From: Gnetum montanum
Taxonomy: Eukaryota; Plantae; Gnetophyta
Length of the DNA stretch: 64,000 bases
Direction of reading: 5' to 3'
Assembly (NCBI GenBank): GCA_015680685.1
Contig: MNCI01000986.1
Span: 668,372 to 732,371, forward strand
Positions 63,401 through 64,000 of the stretch are shown in pieces. The notes under the pieces were generated by a model. That model worked only from the letters and a program-made list of their open reading frames with translations, did no database searches and was not told the origin of the DNA. The position numbers were made by a program, and so were the translations under genes. Position 1 is the stretch's first letter, and every line of letters begins with the position of its first letter.

Positions 63401-64000
63401 TTGTTCACTTTTGACATTGAATCTCTATACCCTAGCATCCCCACTGATCATGGACTCGCTACTCTCAAAGATATGGTTGAAGCATATTTTTCTGCAAACC
63501 ATTTTCCTTTGTAGGACATGTACAGCATTGCCATTCTAGAACTAGCATCATTAATGCTTCGTGAGCACTTCTTGGATTTCAACGGGGTATAGTACAAATA
63601 GATAAGAGGCACCGCAATGGGTAGCAACTTTACTGTTGTCTATGCTTGCCTCTTTCTGTGCCACTTGGAAAAACAAGTCTTTTGTACTCCAGATTCCCAC
63701 AATCTTTTGTTTTTCAAAAGATTCATTAATGATGATTTTGGCATCTGGAGTGGCTTCAAAGATTCCCTTGATCTCTTGCTCTCCCGGTATGGTAATGCTT
63801 ATCCTTCAATAAATATTACCCCTACCATTTCAGATTTTGTAATTGATATCTTAGATGTCACTTTTTTCAAGGGTTCACAATTTGTTAACACTGGTATTCT
63901 TTCTACCAAGTGTTACCAAAAGCGCTGGAACACCTACCAATACATCCCTTTGTCCTCATGGCACCCATTCCATCAGAAGAAAGCATTCATCATTGCAGAA
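60460..64000 (+). mobile_element. Penelope-like retroelement (degenerate), runs off the window end
   Basis: PLE RT motifs LGYGLKFIP (~62610), RPTDKNLG, LIPKIHKP, FDIESLYPSIP, RGTAMGS, FKRFINDDFG and YQYIPLSSWHP..KKAFI, with in-frame TAG stops. Putative GIY-YIG upstream; 5' boundary uncertain. Confidence 0.88.
61144..62295 (-). mobile_element. solo LTR inserted in the Penelope-like element
   Basis: TGT...ACA termini, TATAAAT on minus at ~61730, many GCTGGGCGTATACGCTG subrepeats, CpG-rich. Only a 2-bp (CC) duplication is visible at the flanks. Confidence 0.7.

Overview
Repeat-rich nuclear DNA from a land plant, probably a non-seed plant (inferred from the CER1 sequence and element types, not proven). 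It contains one intact host gene: an 11-exon CER1-like very-long-chain aldehyde decarbonylase on the minus strand (51123-54449, 634 aa, one GC-AG intron). Downstream of it lies a decayed partial tandem duplicate of the CER1 3' end. The duplicate's 3' flank runs into a ~179-bp tandem repeat array, while the intact gene's flank carries a single related monomer. The array is split by a full-length Athila-type Ty3/gypsy element (26282-36183, TSD AAGAG) and by a ~7.3-kb organelle-like (probably mitochondrial) insert carrying a plastid-type trnM-CAU. A ~1.3-kb tandem duplication spans the right junction of that insert. The rest comprises degraded Athila copies, a full-length old Ty1/copia (TSD TATAT), a LINE, a tRNA-derived SINE, three solo LTRs, a TTAA-flanked piggyBac-like non-autonomous element, and a Penelope-like retroelement. 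The Penelope-like element appears to carry an N-terminal GIY-YIG nuclease (Naiad/Chlamys architecture) split by a solo LTR. All calls were made by eye; no database searches were run.
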